A stretch of DNA of 32,000 nt from NCBI GenBank assembly GCA_018303025.1, contig JAGVYZ010000018.1:1-32000 (forward strand), written 5' to 3'. The notes beneath the pieces were generated by a model. That model had not been told where the DNA came from, did no database searches, and was given only the letters and a program-made list of their open reading frames with translations. Positions 25,291-32,000 of the stretch are shown here, piece after piece. The position numbers and the translations under genes were made by a program. This stretch comes from Candidatus Woesearchaeota archaeon. Its GTDB lineage: Archaea > Nanobdellota > Nanobdellia > SCGC-AAA011-G17 > GW2011-AR20. The stretch's first letter is position 1; every line of letters begins with the position of its first letter.

Positions 25291-26220
25291 ATGAACATAT
25301 TAGTAACAGGCGGAGCAGGTTTTATAGGAAGTCATATTGTAGACTTATTAGTAAAAGAAAATAAAGTAATAATTATAGACAATCTTTCTTCAGGTCAAAA
25401 AGAAAACATAAACAAAAAAGCAATTTTCTATGAGCAAGATTTATCCAATTTCAAAGAAGTAGAAGATATAATAAAAAAAGAAAACATAGAAATTATTTAT
25501 CATTTAGCAGCACAAATGGATGTAAGAAAATCAGTAGAATTACCAATCTTTGATGCTCAACAGAATATAATAAACACCTTAAACTTATTAGAAGTCTCAA
25601 TTAAATACAAAATAAAACATTTCATTTTCTCATCGAGTGGCGGAGCAATTTATGGGGATACAAATGTTCCAACAACAGAAGAAGCAAGAGAGCTTCCAGT
25701 CTCCCCTTATGGCGTAGCTAAACTATCAATTGAAAAATACTTAAATTACTATCATAAAATCCATAACTTAAAGTACACTGCCTTAAGATATGCTAATGTT
25801 TATGGTTCAAGACAAAATCAAAAAGGAGAAGCAGGTGTAGTTTCTATTTTTTTCACAAGAATGCTAAGAAATGAACCAATCTCAATTTTCGGCGGAAAGC
25901 AAACAAGAGATTTTGTATTTGTAGAAGATGTAGCAAGAGCAAATTTACTAGCTTTAACAGATAAAGAATCAAATACTTACAATATAGGAACAGAAAAAGA
26001 AACAAATATTATAGAATTATTTAATGAAATAAACAAATTCTTCAATAATAAATTTAGTCCAATTTATGAAAAAAGTAAATTAGGTGAACAAATGAAAAGT
26101 TGTCTATCATATCAAAAAATAAGTAAGCAATTAAACTGGCAGCCAAAAATAAACCTAGAAGAAGGATTAAAAAAAACATATGAATTTTATAAATTTCTTA
26201 AAGATAGTAACAATAGTTAA
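25291..26220 (+). CDS. NAD-dependent sugar epimerase/dehydratase (UDP-glucose 4-epimerase-like SDR)
   Basis: MNILVTGGAGFIGSH Rossmann motif and catalytic SPYGVAKLSIEKY (YxxxK). ATG 25291 preferred over the track's upstream start at 25210. Confidence 0.88.
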   Translation: MNILVTGGAGFIGSHIVDLLVKENKVIIIDNLSSGQKENINKKAIFYEQDLSNFKEVEDIIKKENIEIIYHLAAQMDVRKSVELPIFDAQQNIINTLNLLEVSIKYKIKHFIFSSSGGAIYGDTNVPTTEEARELPVSPYGVAKLSIEKYLNYYHKIHNLKYTALRYANVYGSRQNQKGEAGVVSIFFTRMLRNEPISIFGGKQTRDFVFVEDVARANLLALTDKESNTYNIGTEKETNIIELFNEINKFFNNKFSPIYEKSKLGEQMKSCLSYQKISKQLNWQPKINLEEGLKKTYEFYKFLKDSNNS

Positions 26221-26265
26221 ACTTAAATATTTTTTTATTTGATTTATATAATTCGGAGGTTTAAA

Positions 26266-26703
26266 ATGAGAAAAGAAATTTTAGCGGACTTGTTAAGAGC
26301 AGAAAAAATAGAGCCTAGTTTTGAGTATACAATAGAAATTAACGGAGAAACTTATAAAGCTGGAATTCGAAATGTAAAATCTTGTAAAAGAATAGGAAGA
26401 TTAAAAGGTAATTTATTTTTAGATAAAATAGTAACCGAACCAGTTAAGGTTGCTGTAGGATCTAATGTAACTGAAACTTCACCAACAAGAACAGAAGAAC
26501 AAGACAGAAGAGAATCTGTTTTAGATTTCAAGATTAAGTTTGATAAAGGATATACCATACTAGATGAGACTCAAACTGGTAAACATCCAGAACCATTAGA
26601 ACAAGCACAGAGAGCTTTTTGGTCAAGATATAGACATGAAATTAATGGTGAACAGTTTGAAGCTATTTATGGACCAGTATTTGAACATTATAAAAAAATT
26701 TAA
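26266..26703 (+). CDS. hypothetical protein (145 aa)
   Basis: Start at ATG 26266 (MRKEIL), preceded by GGAGGTTTAAA. No recognisable domain. Followed by a T-run. Confidence 0.6.
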   Translation: MRKEILADLLRAEKIEPSFEYTIEINGETYKAGIRNVKSCKRIGRLKGNLFLDKIVTEPVKVAVGSNVTETSPTRTEEQDRRESVLDFKIKFDKGYTILDETQTGKHPEPLEQAQRAFWSRYRHEINGEQFEAIYGPVFEHYKKI

Positions 26704-26716
26704 TTTTTTCTTTTTT
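26704..26716 (+). terminator. oligo-T tract after the 26266..26703 gene
   Basis: TTTTTTCTTTTTT lies immediately after the TAA stop. Confidence 0.45.
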
Positions 26717-26718
26717 AT

Positions 26719-27798
26719 TTATCCCATATGTAATTCAACAATATCTTTGTCTTTTAATTTATGCTCTAATTTCATTATTTTCTGTCCTTGGTGTTTTACA
26801 GAAACACCCCAAACTCTAGAAAATTTAAACTTTTCAATAAAATCTTTATGCAATTTAGAGCACATATCTCTTAAAGTTGCATCCTTAAACATAATCATGG
26901 GCTCATTCAAATCAGCTTCTTTTCTCATTTCCTTGCAATAAACTCGTATAAAATTTAATTTATTAAAAATTAAATCTCTTAATTTATCAAGATTAAAATC
27001 AGTTTCAGCAGAAATAAACAAGTCAAAGCCTTTAATCTTCTCAAGTTCCTCTTTCTTCATCTTATCAACTTTATTTAACACATAAATAGCAGGAATATAC
27101 TTCTTATTCCCTTCTAAAAAATCAATAAATTCTTCTACACTTAAATTTCTATAAATATCAACATTTGCATTGTGAATTTTAAACTCTCTTAAAATTAGTT
27201 TAATAGTTTCCATATCCAGATTAAAATTCTTAGGCAAGTTAATATTCAACCCGCCTTTCTCTTTTCTAACAAGATTAATGCGAGCTCTTTCAGTATTTAT
27301 CCTGATATTAAATTCATAAAGCTCTCTTTCTAATTTCTTAATTTGGGAAGGTTCATCAGCTAATAATATAATCAAATCAGCAGAATAAACACAAGAAAGT
27401 ACTTCTTTTCCCTTACCTTTTCCAGAAGCAGCACCTTCAACAATACCAGGTACATCTAAAATCTGAATTTTAGCACTCTTGTATTTCATAACACCTGGAA
27501 TAACAGTTAAGGTAGTAAAAGCATAAGCAGCAACATCAGATTTAGCATCAGTCAATTTATTCATTAATGTAGATTTACCTACAGAAGGAAAACCAACTAA
27601 AATTACAGAAGCATCCCCTGACTTTCTAACACTATAACCATAAACACCTTTTCCAGAGCTTGCTTGTTTTTCTTTCCTTTCTTTTAGCTTGGATAATTGA
27701 GCTTTTACTAAAGCAAAATGATGAGCAGTACTCTTATCATATTTGCCACTACTAAGATCTTTTTCTAAATCCTTTATTCTCTCATCAATCTTAACCAT
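26719..27798 (-). CDS. DRG/Obg-like GTPase with C-terminal TGS domain
   Basis: GFPSVGKSTLMNKLT (G1), FTTL (G2 region), DVPGIVEGA (G3), NKVD (G4). N-terminal helical region and C-terminal TGS-like IRVYCK segment, as in archaeal/eukaryotic DRG. Confidence 0.9.
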   Translation of the reverse strand: MVKIDERIKDLEKDLSSGKYDKSTAHHFALVKAQLSKLKERKEKQASSGKGVYGYSVRKSGDASVILVGFPSVGKSTLMNKLTDAKSDVAAYAFTTLTVIPGVMKYKSAKIQILDVPGIVEGAASGKGKGKEVLSCVYSADLIILLADEPSQIKKLERELYEFNIRINTERARINLVRKEKGGLNINLPKNFNLDMETIKLILREFKIHNANVDIYRNLSVEEFIDFLEGNKKYIPAIYVLNKVDKMKKEELEKIKGFDLFISAETDFNLDKLRDLIFNKLNFIRVYCKEMRKEADLNEPMIMFKDATLRDMCSKLHKDFIEKFKFSRVWGVSVKHQGQKIMKLEHKLKDKDIVELHMG

Positions 27799-27911
27799 GC
27801 TATTCTAAGTAAAAGCGCTCTTTTAAGCTTTTACGATTAAAGATTAAAGCAATGAAAAACAGATTTTAGATTTAATAAATGTTTATATACTAGAATTTTA
27901 ACAAAATTTTT

Positions 27912-28388
27912 ATGCGAGAAAGAACTTTAGTTTTTGTAAAACCTCATTGTTTTAATGATGAAAATAATCTAGCTGATGAAATCTTAGGAAAATTAGAACT
28001 TTTAGCTGGTATTCCAAAATGTGATATATTGGTTAAACTACCTGTTTTTGGAGTTCCAGAAGATATTTTACGTAGGCATTACCAGGAGCATGAAGGCAAA
28101 GATTATTATGAAAGATTAATAAGACAAATCTCAGGTAAAAATATCTACTTAGCGATTTATGCTGGCGAAGATGTAGTAAAGCGGGTAAGAGATGTTATAG
28201 GTGCAACAAACCCAGCTAAAGCTACTGTAGGAACTATACGAAGACATTTTAGTAATGATTCTATTGATGTAGCTGCATCTGAAAATAGAGCAGTGAATAA
28301 TGTAGTTCATGCATCTAGTGATCCAAAAGCTGCACAAGAAGAAATGAATATATGGTTACACTATATTCTTCGTTTAGACTCTAATTAA
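27912..28388 (+). CDS. ndk: divergent nucleoside-diphosphate kinase-like protein
   Basis: ERTLVFVKPH, RHYQEHEGKDYY, VIGATNPAKATVGTIRRHF, NVVHASSD (catalytic His position) are collinear with NDK, but with substitutions and small insertions. Confidence 0.72.
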   Translation: MRERTLVFVKPHCFNDENNLADEILGKLELLAGIPKCDILVKLPVFGVPEDILRRHYQEHEGKDYYERLIRQISGKNIYLAIYAGEDVVKRVRDVIGATNPAKATVGTIRRHFSNDSIDVAASENRAVNNVVHASSDPKAAQEEMNIWLHYILRLDSN

Positions 28389-28804
28389 AAACGAAAACCT
28401 GGTGGAAGATTACAATAAAATTTTTCTACTTCTTTAGATCCTTTAATTTTTCCATCTTTGTTTAAATCAGCATTGTAAATAACTTCATTTAAGATTATTT
28501 CATATTCATCATTAGAGTTATATGCTTTAAATCCACTCCCTACTAAAGTTGCTAAAGTAACTAAGCTTATTAATGAACATCTTATAACTCTTCCAATAAT
28601 AGCTTCTTTTCTACGTTGTTTTAAATCTTGTACTGCCAATAAATATCCTAGATTTTCCCAATAACCAATATCTTTAGGGTCATTAATCTCTTCCCGAAGA
28701 TCAAACTCTTTCTTAAATCTTTTATAAGCTCTATATTTATCTGCTTCTTCAGTTATCCGCCTATAAAAATCAGCCCATCTTATTATTTCTTTAAAAGGTT
28801 TCAT
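28385..28804 (-). CDS. hypothetical single-pass membrane protein, second gene of ORFan pair 2
   Basis: SD AGGAGAG lies upstream. The ATG is 1 nt after the preceding stop. TM segment SLISLVTLATLVGSGF. The 3' end overlaps the ndk-like 3' end by 4 nt. Confidence 0.6.
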   Translation of the reverse strand: MKPFKEIIRWADFYRRITEEADKYRAYKRFKKEFDLREEINDPKDIGYWENLGYLLAVQDLKQRRKEAIIGRVIRCSLISLVTLATLVGSGFKAYNSNDEYEIILNEVIYNADLNKDGKIKGSKEVEKFYCNLPPGFRF

Positions 28805-28805
28805 T

Positions 28806-29093
28806 TTAATCTCTCCTAAATTCTACTCCTTGACAATAAATTGGTTGATTTGTCATAAAATCTCTTCCAACTTGATCCTGAACTACTAATACTAAATTTT
28901 CAACAGGATGATATGATCTTCTCTCAAGTATTTTAACAACAAATTCAGATAAACTAGCACTAGGATTAATACTTTCTCTTAATGCATGATTTCTTTGTAC
29001 AGGATCTAAATTAGGACTTGAAGTAGGATCAAAATCTTTTTGATCATCTTCTTCTAATCCTCTGTCCATTGCGTCATATTTAAAGTATCTCAT
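28806..29093 (-). CDS. hypothetical protein (95 aa), first gene of ORFan pair 2
   Basis: Start chosen at ATG 29093 (MRYFKY) because GGAGGTTAAA precedes it. The track's ATG at 29105 overlaps that SD. Confidence 0.6.
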   Translation of the reverse strand: MRYFKYDAMDRGLEEDDQKDFDPTSSPNLDPVQRNHALRESINPSASLSEFVVKILERRSYHPVENLVLVVQDQVGRDFMTNQPIYCQGVEFRRD

Positions 29094-29135
29094 TTTAACC
29101 TCCATAATTATTTTATAGTAGTAACAAATAATAAG

Positions 29136-29149
29136 AATATTTAAATATT
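29136..29149. promoter_or_regulatory. perfectly palindromic TATA-like box AATATTTAAATATT in a divergent promoter region
   Basis: The centre is about 29 nt from the TrmB-2 ATG (29172) and about 26 nt upstream of a plausible minus-strand start that would give a short SD-containing leader for ORFan pair 2. Confidence 0.4.
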
Positions 29150-29171
29150 AGTGCCCCCTTAGGATGGTCTA

Positions 29172-29924
29172 ATGAACACAGAATTATTGGAAGAAATAGG
29201 ATTAACAAAATCAGAGATAAAAGTATATTTGGCCTTATTAGAAATAGGTTCCTCAAGTAAAGGACCTTTAGTAAAAAAAGCTAATATAACTTCATCAAAA
29301 ATTTATGAAGTAACAGACAAATTAATAGAAAAAGGATTAGTTTCTTATATAATAAAAAATAATGTTAAATATTTTTCAGCAGCTCCACCCTCAAGAATAA
29401 AAGATTACATAGAAGAAAAAAGAGAAAAAATAGAGCAACAAGAAAAATCTTTTGAAACCTTGCTTCCTTCTCTTCAGAATAAATTTAATTTTCTAAAAGA
29501 AGAAACTAATGCTGAAATTTTTCAAGGTTGGAAAGGTATGCATACAGTTTTCCAAGATATTTTAAATACCTTAAATAAGGGAGATACAGATTATGTTTTA
29601 GGAGCAAACCAAGGATTAAATCCAGAAAAAACAAGAAGATTCTTTGATGTGTATATAGCTAAAACTTATCAAAAAGGAATAAAAATAAAAGTTATTTTCA
29701 ATGAAAACTCCCGTGATTATTATAAAAAATCAAAAGCAAAAAAAGCACATATAGAAGCCAGATTTTTACAGCAAACCACACCTTCAGAAATAAACATCTA
29801 TAATAATAAAGTAGCTATTTTAATTTTCTCAGAAACACCTTTAGCGATTTTAATTAATAGCAAAAAAATAGCAGCCTCATTCAAGCAATATTTTGATATA
29901 ATGTGGAGCTTATCTGTAAAATAA
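29172..29924 (+). CDS. TrmB-family transcriptional regulator (paralog 2)
   Basis: LEEIGLTKSEIKVYLALLEIGSSSKGPLVKKANITSSKIYEVTDKLIEKGLV wHTH. The C-terminal half aligns with paralog 1 (KVIFNEN..., VAILIFSE..., YFDIMW). Confidence 0.85.
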   Translation: MNTELLEEIGLTKSEIKVYLALLEIGSSSKGPLVKKANITSSKIYEVTDKLIEKGLVSYIIKNNVKYFSAAPPSRIKDYIEEKREKIEQQEKSFETLLPSLQNKFNFLKEETNAEIFQGWKGMHTVFQDILNTLNKGDTDYVLGANQGLNPEKTRRFFDVYIAKTYQKGIKIKVIFNENSRDYYKKSKAKKAHIEARFLQQTTPSEINIYNNKVAILIFSETPLAILINSKKIAASFKQYFDIMWSLSVK

Positions 29925-29961
29925 GCATAAATTTAAATAATCTAAAAAATAGTATAATTAC

Positions 29962-30692
29962 ATGAAAAGTGATTGCCTCTGGAAATAATAGTATTTCTGA
30001 TTTACATAGTATAAACTATCGGTGGCAATAAAATAGGTGTTTTAGGTGGAATCGGACCAGAAGCAAGTGCAGAATTTTATAATAAGTTAATAAATAAACT
30101 GCAAGAATCAAATTTAATTAAAACTAATAAGGATTATCCTCAAATTATAATCAATAGCATTCCAGCTCAAGAATTGATTTTTGATAAAATAAAAGAAAAA
30201 GATTTAGAATTTTACAAAAAAGGATTAAAAGAATTAGATTCCCTAAAACCAGATTTTATAATAATGGTTTGTAACACAATTCATTTATATTATGACATTT
30301 TGCAAAAAGAAATTAGTACACCCATATTAGATTTAAGGAAATTAGTAAAAGAATATTTAGAAGAAAATAAAATTAAATCAGTTTTAATCATAGGCACTCC
30401 AAATACAATAAAGCAAGGTTTATACAAATTTAAAGAAATTAAAACATTTGAACCAAATAAGAAAGAATTAAAACAATTAACAAATGCTATTTTCAATTAT
30501 AACAAAGGCATTGAAAAGAATCTGCAATCAAAAGTAGTTAAAGAAATTTGTAATAAGTATATTCAAAAAGGTGCTCAGTTTATACTTTTAGGATGCACTG
30601 AATTTGCATTAATGCTAGAAAAAGAAAATTTACCTAAAATAAGCACTATAGACATTTTAGTAGAATCAACAATTAAAAAGTCTTTTAAATAA
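29962..30692 (+). pseudogene. aspartate/glutamate racemase family gene with its N-terminus disconnected from its start codon
   Basis: Homology runs from about 30030 (KIGVLGGIGPEASAEFY, cf. MKTIGILGGMGPLAT of archaeal Asp racemase) through the catalytic MVCNTIH and LLGCTEF motifs to 30692. There is no ATG/GTG/TTG between the in-frame TAA (30012) and the TTG at 30174. The promoter-proximal ATG at 29962 is in another frame. Confidence 0.55.
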
Positions 30693-30710
30693 AACAAGAT
30701 TAAAGATAGC

Positions 30711-31196
30711 ATGGATTTAGCAAAAATAAATGATATCTTAGTAGATTTGTTCGTTCCAATCTTAATATTGATTTCAGCATTAATTCTAGGCAAGATATTT
30801 GAAAGACTGTCATTAAAAATAGCAGAAGAATTAGAACTAGAAAAAATAACAAAGTTCCCAAATGAAAGAATTTCAGTAATAGTAAAATACTTAACTTATC
30901 TTGCAGGAATTATACTTGCTTTGAACCAGGCACAAATTCTATTAATATCTTTCATAATATTATTGATATTCATAGCAATATTTTTAGTAATATTATTAGG
31001 TTTAGAATTATATTACCTAATTCCTAATATAATAGCAGGAATAATCATAAAAAGAAAACTAAAATTAAACAAAAGAATAAGAATAAATAATATTCCAGGC
31101 AAAATAGTAAAGATTACCTTAAAAGAAACAATATTCCAGGCAAACAAAGAAACTCTTTATTTTCCAAATAAATTGATTTTAAAAGCAGTTTCATGA
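30711..31196 (+). CDS. small MscS-like membrane protein
   Basis: 3-4 TM helices, then IPNIIAGIIIKRKLKLNKRIRINNIPGKIVKITLKETIFQANKETLYFPNKLI, resembling the MscS pore-helix/beta-domain start. Confidence 0.6.
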   Translation: MDLAKINDILVDLFVPILILISALILGKIFERLSLKIAEELELEKITKFPNERISVIVKYLTYLAGIILALNQAQILLISFIILLIFIAIFLVILLGLELYYLIPNIIAGIIIKRKLKLNKRIRINNIPGKIVKITLKETIFQANKETLYFPNKLILKAVS

Positions 31197-31366
31197 AGGT
31201 TTGAACCAGGTTCATGAAGGGCGTTTTTGTTTTTCTTTCCTGAAGTGTTAAACTCGTTTAACATTAGAAGAGCTTGACTCTTCTTTGGTTTCTTTCGTAA
31301 AGAAAGCTTCGCAGGGTCATAAGGGGTGCAAATTTTTAGGCAGGTTCATGAAGGGTGCAACCCTTA
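31186..31366. repeat. repeat-bounded, hairpin-rich convergent intergenic element (candidate ncRNA or miniature element)
   Basis: Motif copies at 31186-31200, 31207-31223, 31312-31332 and 31341-31366. Three 7-bp hairpins at 31246-31263, 31266-31284 and 31289-31305. GC visibly above background. Confidence 0.6.
31224..31238 (+). terminator. oligo-T tract after the 30711..31196 gene
   Basis: TTTTTGTTTTTCTTT lies 28 nt past the stop. Confidence 0.45.
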
Positions 31367-32000
31367 TCATTTTAGCATTTCAACAACTTCTTTTATTATT
31401 CTTACAGTCATTTCAGGATACCAAGTAGCTAAAAACTCGCAAACTTCAATTTCCACAATTAATTTTTCCTGCATAGGAAACAATTTTCTTTTAGGTCCTA
31501 AAGCTAAACTCCCATCAAAAACTTCTTCTAATGTAATTCTAGGCAAAGGAGAGTTCTCAATAGCACTCCTGGCAGCATCTAAATAAGATACAGGTGCAAA
31601 ATCCTTGTTCATTCTTTTGAACATAAAATCATTTGAATATTTTTTTATTACTTTCATATCACTCAAATAAGAGTTTCTTAAATCCAAAGACATTTCATTT
31701 AAGTTAAACTTATTATATTTCCTTAAGGTATTTACAACCATTCTTTCTGTTTCAAGCATAACCATCTGCTTGTACATTTTATTAACTTCCTTGAAAAAAT
31801 CATAATAAGCCCTATTCACATAATTTAAGATATTTTTTATCATTACCTTCTCAAGACCTTTGCCTTTGAAAGTAATAAAATCAATCACAGAAGGCATTCC
31901 TTTTATCCTGTTATATGCTCTATGGATTAAAAGGACTGTTTGCGCATTCTCGCATTCACTCCAGAAGTTTTGATATATTCTTAGTCTATGATAATAGTCA
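31367..32000 (-). CDS. hypothetical protein, 5'-partial (frame stays open to the window edge)
   Basis: My translation upstream of the track's Met continues without a stop (..DYYHRLRIYQNFWSECENAQTVLLIHRAYNRIKG-MPSVIDF..), so the gene starts beyond 32000. No recognisable domain. Confidence 0.6.
   Translation of the reverse strand, partial: DYYHRLRIYQNFWSECENAQTVLLIHRAYNRIKGMPSVIDFITFKGKGLEKVMIKNILNYVNRAYYDFFKEVNKMYKQMVMLETERMVVNTLRKYNKFNLNEMSLDLRNSYLSDMKVIKKYSNDFMFKRMNKDFAPVSYLDAARSAIENSPLPRITLEEVFDGSLALGPKRKLFPMQEKLIVEIEVCEFLATWYPEMTVRIIKEVVEMLK

Noticed and set aside
28430-28468. EF-hand calcium-binding loop in the 139-aa membrane ORFan (DLNKDGKIKGSKE).
   Set aside because: The acidic residue falls at loop position 13 rather than 12, and no flanking helix pair is evident. 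Noted only as EF-hand-like.
3446-30023. TATCGGT shared between the 3446/3479 repeats and 30017-30023 inside the racemase insertion.
   Set aside because: A 7-mer of this composition is expected about 1-2 times per strand in 32 kb, so the third occurrence is not significant.
29969-30030. Archaeal bulge-helix-bulge intron interrupting the racemase mRNA.
   Set aside because: The junctions cannot be folded into a 3-nt bulge / 4-bp helix / 3-nt bulge motif. Only a simple terminal stem is present.
2079-31586. Short ORFs in the supplied track that lie antisense or out of frame inside longer genes: 2079-2291, 3126-3494, 6490-6675, 7364-7555, 7689-7907, 9437-9670, 9965-10411, 10689-10871, 12231-12443, 12605-12808, 15108-15302, 15290-15472, 16719-16934, 18311-18493, 21213-21407, 21253-21468, 22725-22907, 26352-26558, 26636-26941, 28149-28337, 30290-30496, 30575-30793, 31326-31586.
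   Set aside because: Each is fully or mostly nested in a longer ORF that has clear family motifs or better start-site context. Their translations are low-complexity L/F/I/S-rich strings typical of shadow frames in AT-rich DNA.
1-32000. Whole-window scan for CRISPR repeats, a DGR (template/variable repeat plus reverse transcriptase), prophage, integrase, transposase, restriction-modification or other named defence systems.
   Set aside because: I saw no regularly spaced direct repeats, RT, integrase/transposase motifs, methyltransferase motifs, or capsid/terminase-like ORFs. Fic and the DUF4143 ATPase are the only defence- or mobile-associated families, and each is solitary.

Overview
Tightly packed, AT-rich (roughly 30% GC by eye) chromosomal segment. 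I read it as archaeal, probably a small-genome DPANN-type lineage (inference). Support: archaeal-type TyrRS, Pth2, a DRG GTPase, two TrmB-family regulators, a stand-alone archaeal-looking 5S rRNA, and a regular promoter grammar. That grammar is a TTTAAA/TTTATA box centred about 25-28 nt upstream of most ATGs (leaderless mRNAs), with GGAGG Shine-Dalgarno sites at internal and a few other genes. Bacterial-flavoured genes are mixed in: bacterial-type LeuRS, type-1 IDI, a signal-peptide beta-barrel OMP-like protein and a lipobox protein. I found no CRISPR array, tRNA, integrase, transposase, reverse transcriptase or canonical named defence system. Items most worth a second look: (1) a class-II Fic gene bracketed by two copies of a 44-45 bp dyad element; (2) a repeat family (CAGGTTCRTRAAGGGTGMAACCCTT) whose copies bound a relatively GC-rich, hairpin-rich 170-nt convergent intergenic region, a candidate ncRNA or miniature element; (3) two TrmB paralogs, each divergently paired with an SD-coupled two-gene ORFan operon; (4) an aspartate racemase whose conserved N-terminus is cut off from its promoter and ATG by about 62 nt; (5) an MscS-like channel fused to a papain-like (C39/phytochelatin-synthase-like) domain; (6) divergent, solitary Prs-like, PurF-like and NDK-like genes. 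All functional calls rest on motif recognition by eye, and none of the candidate systems is demonstrated.
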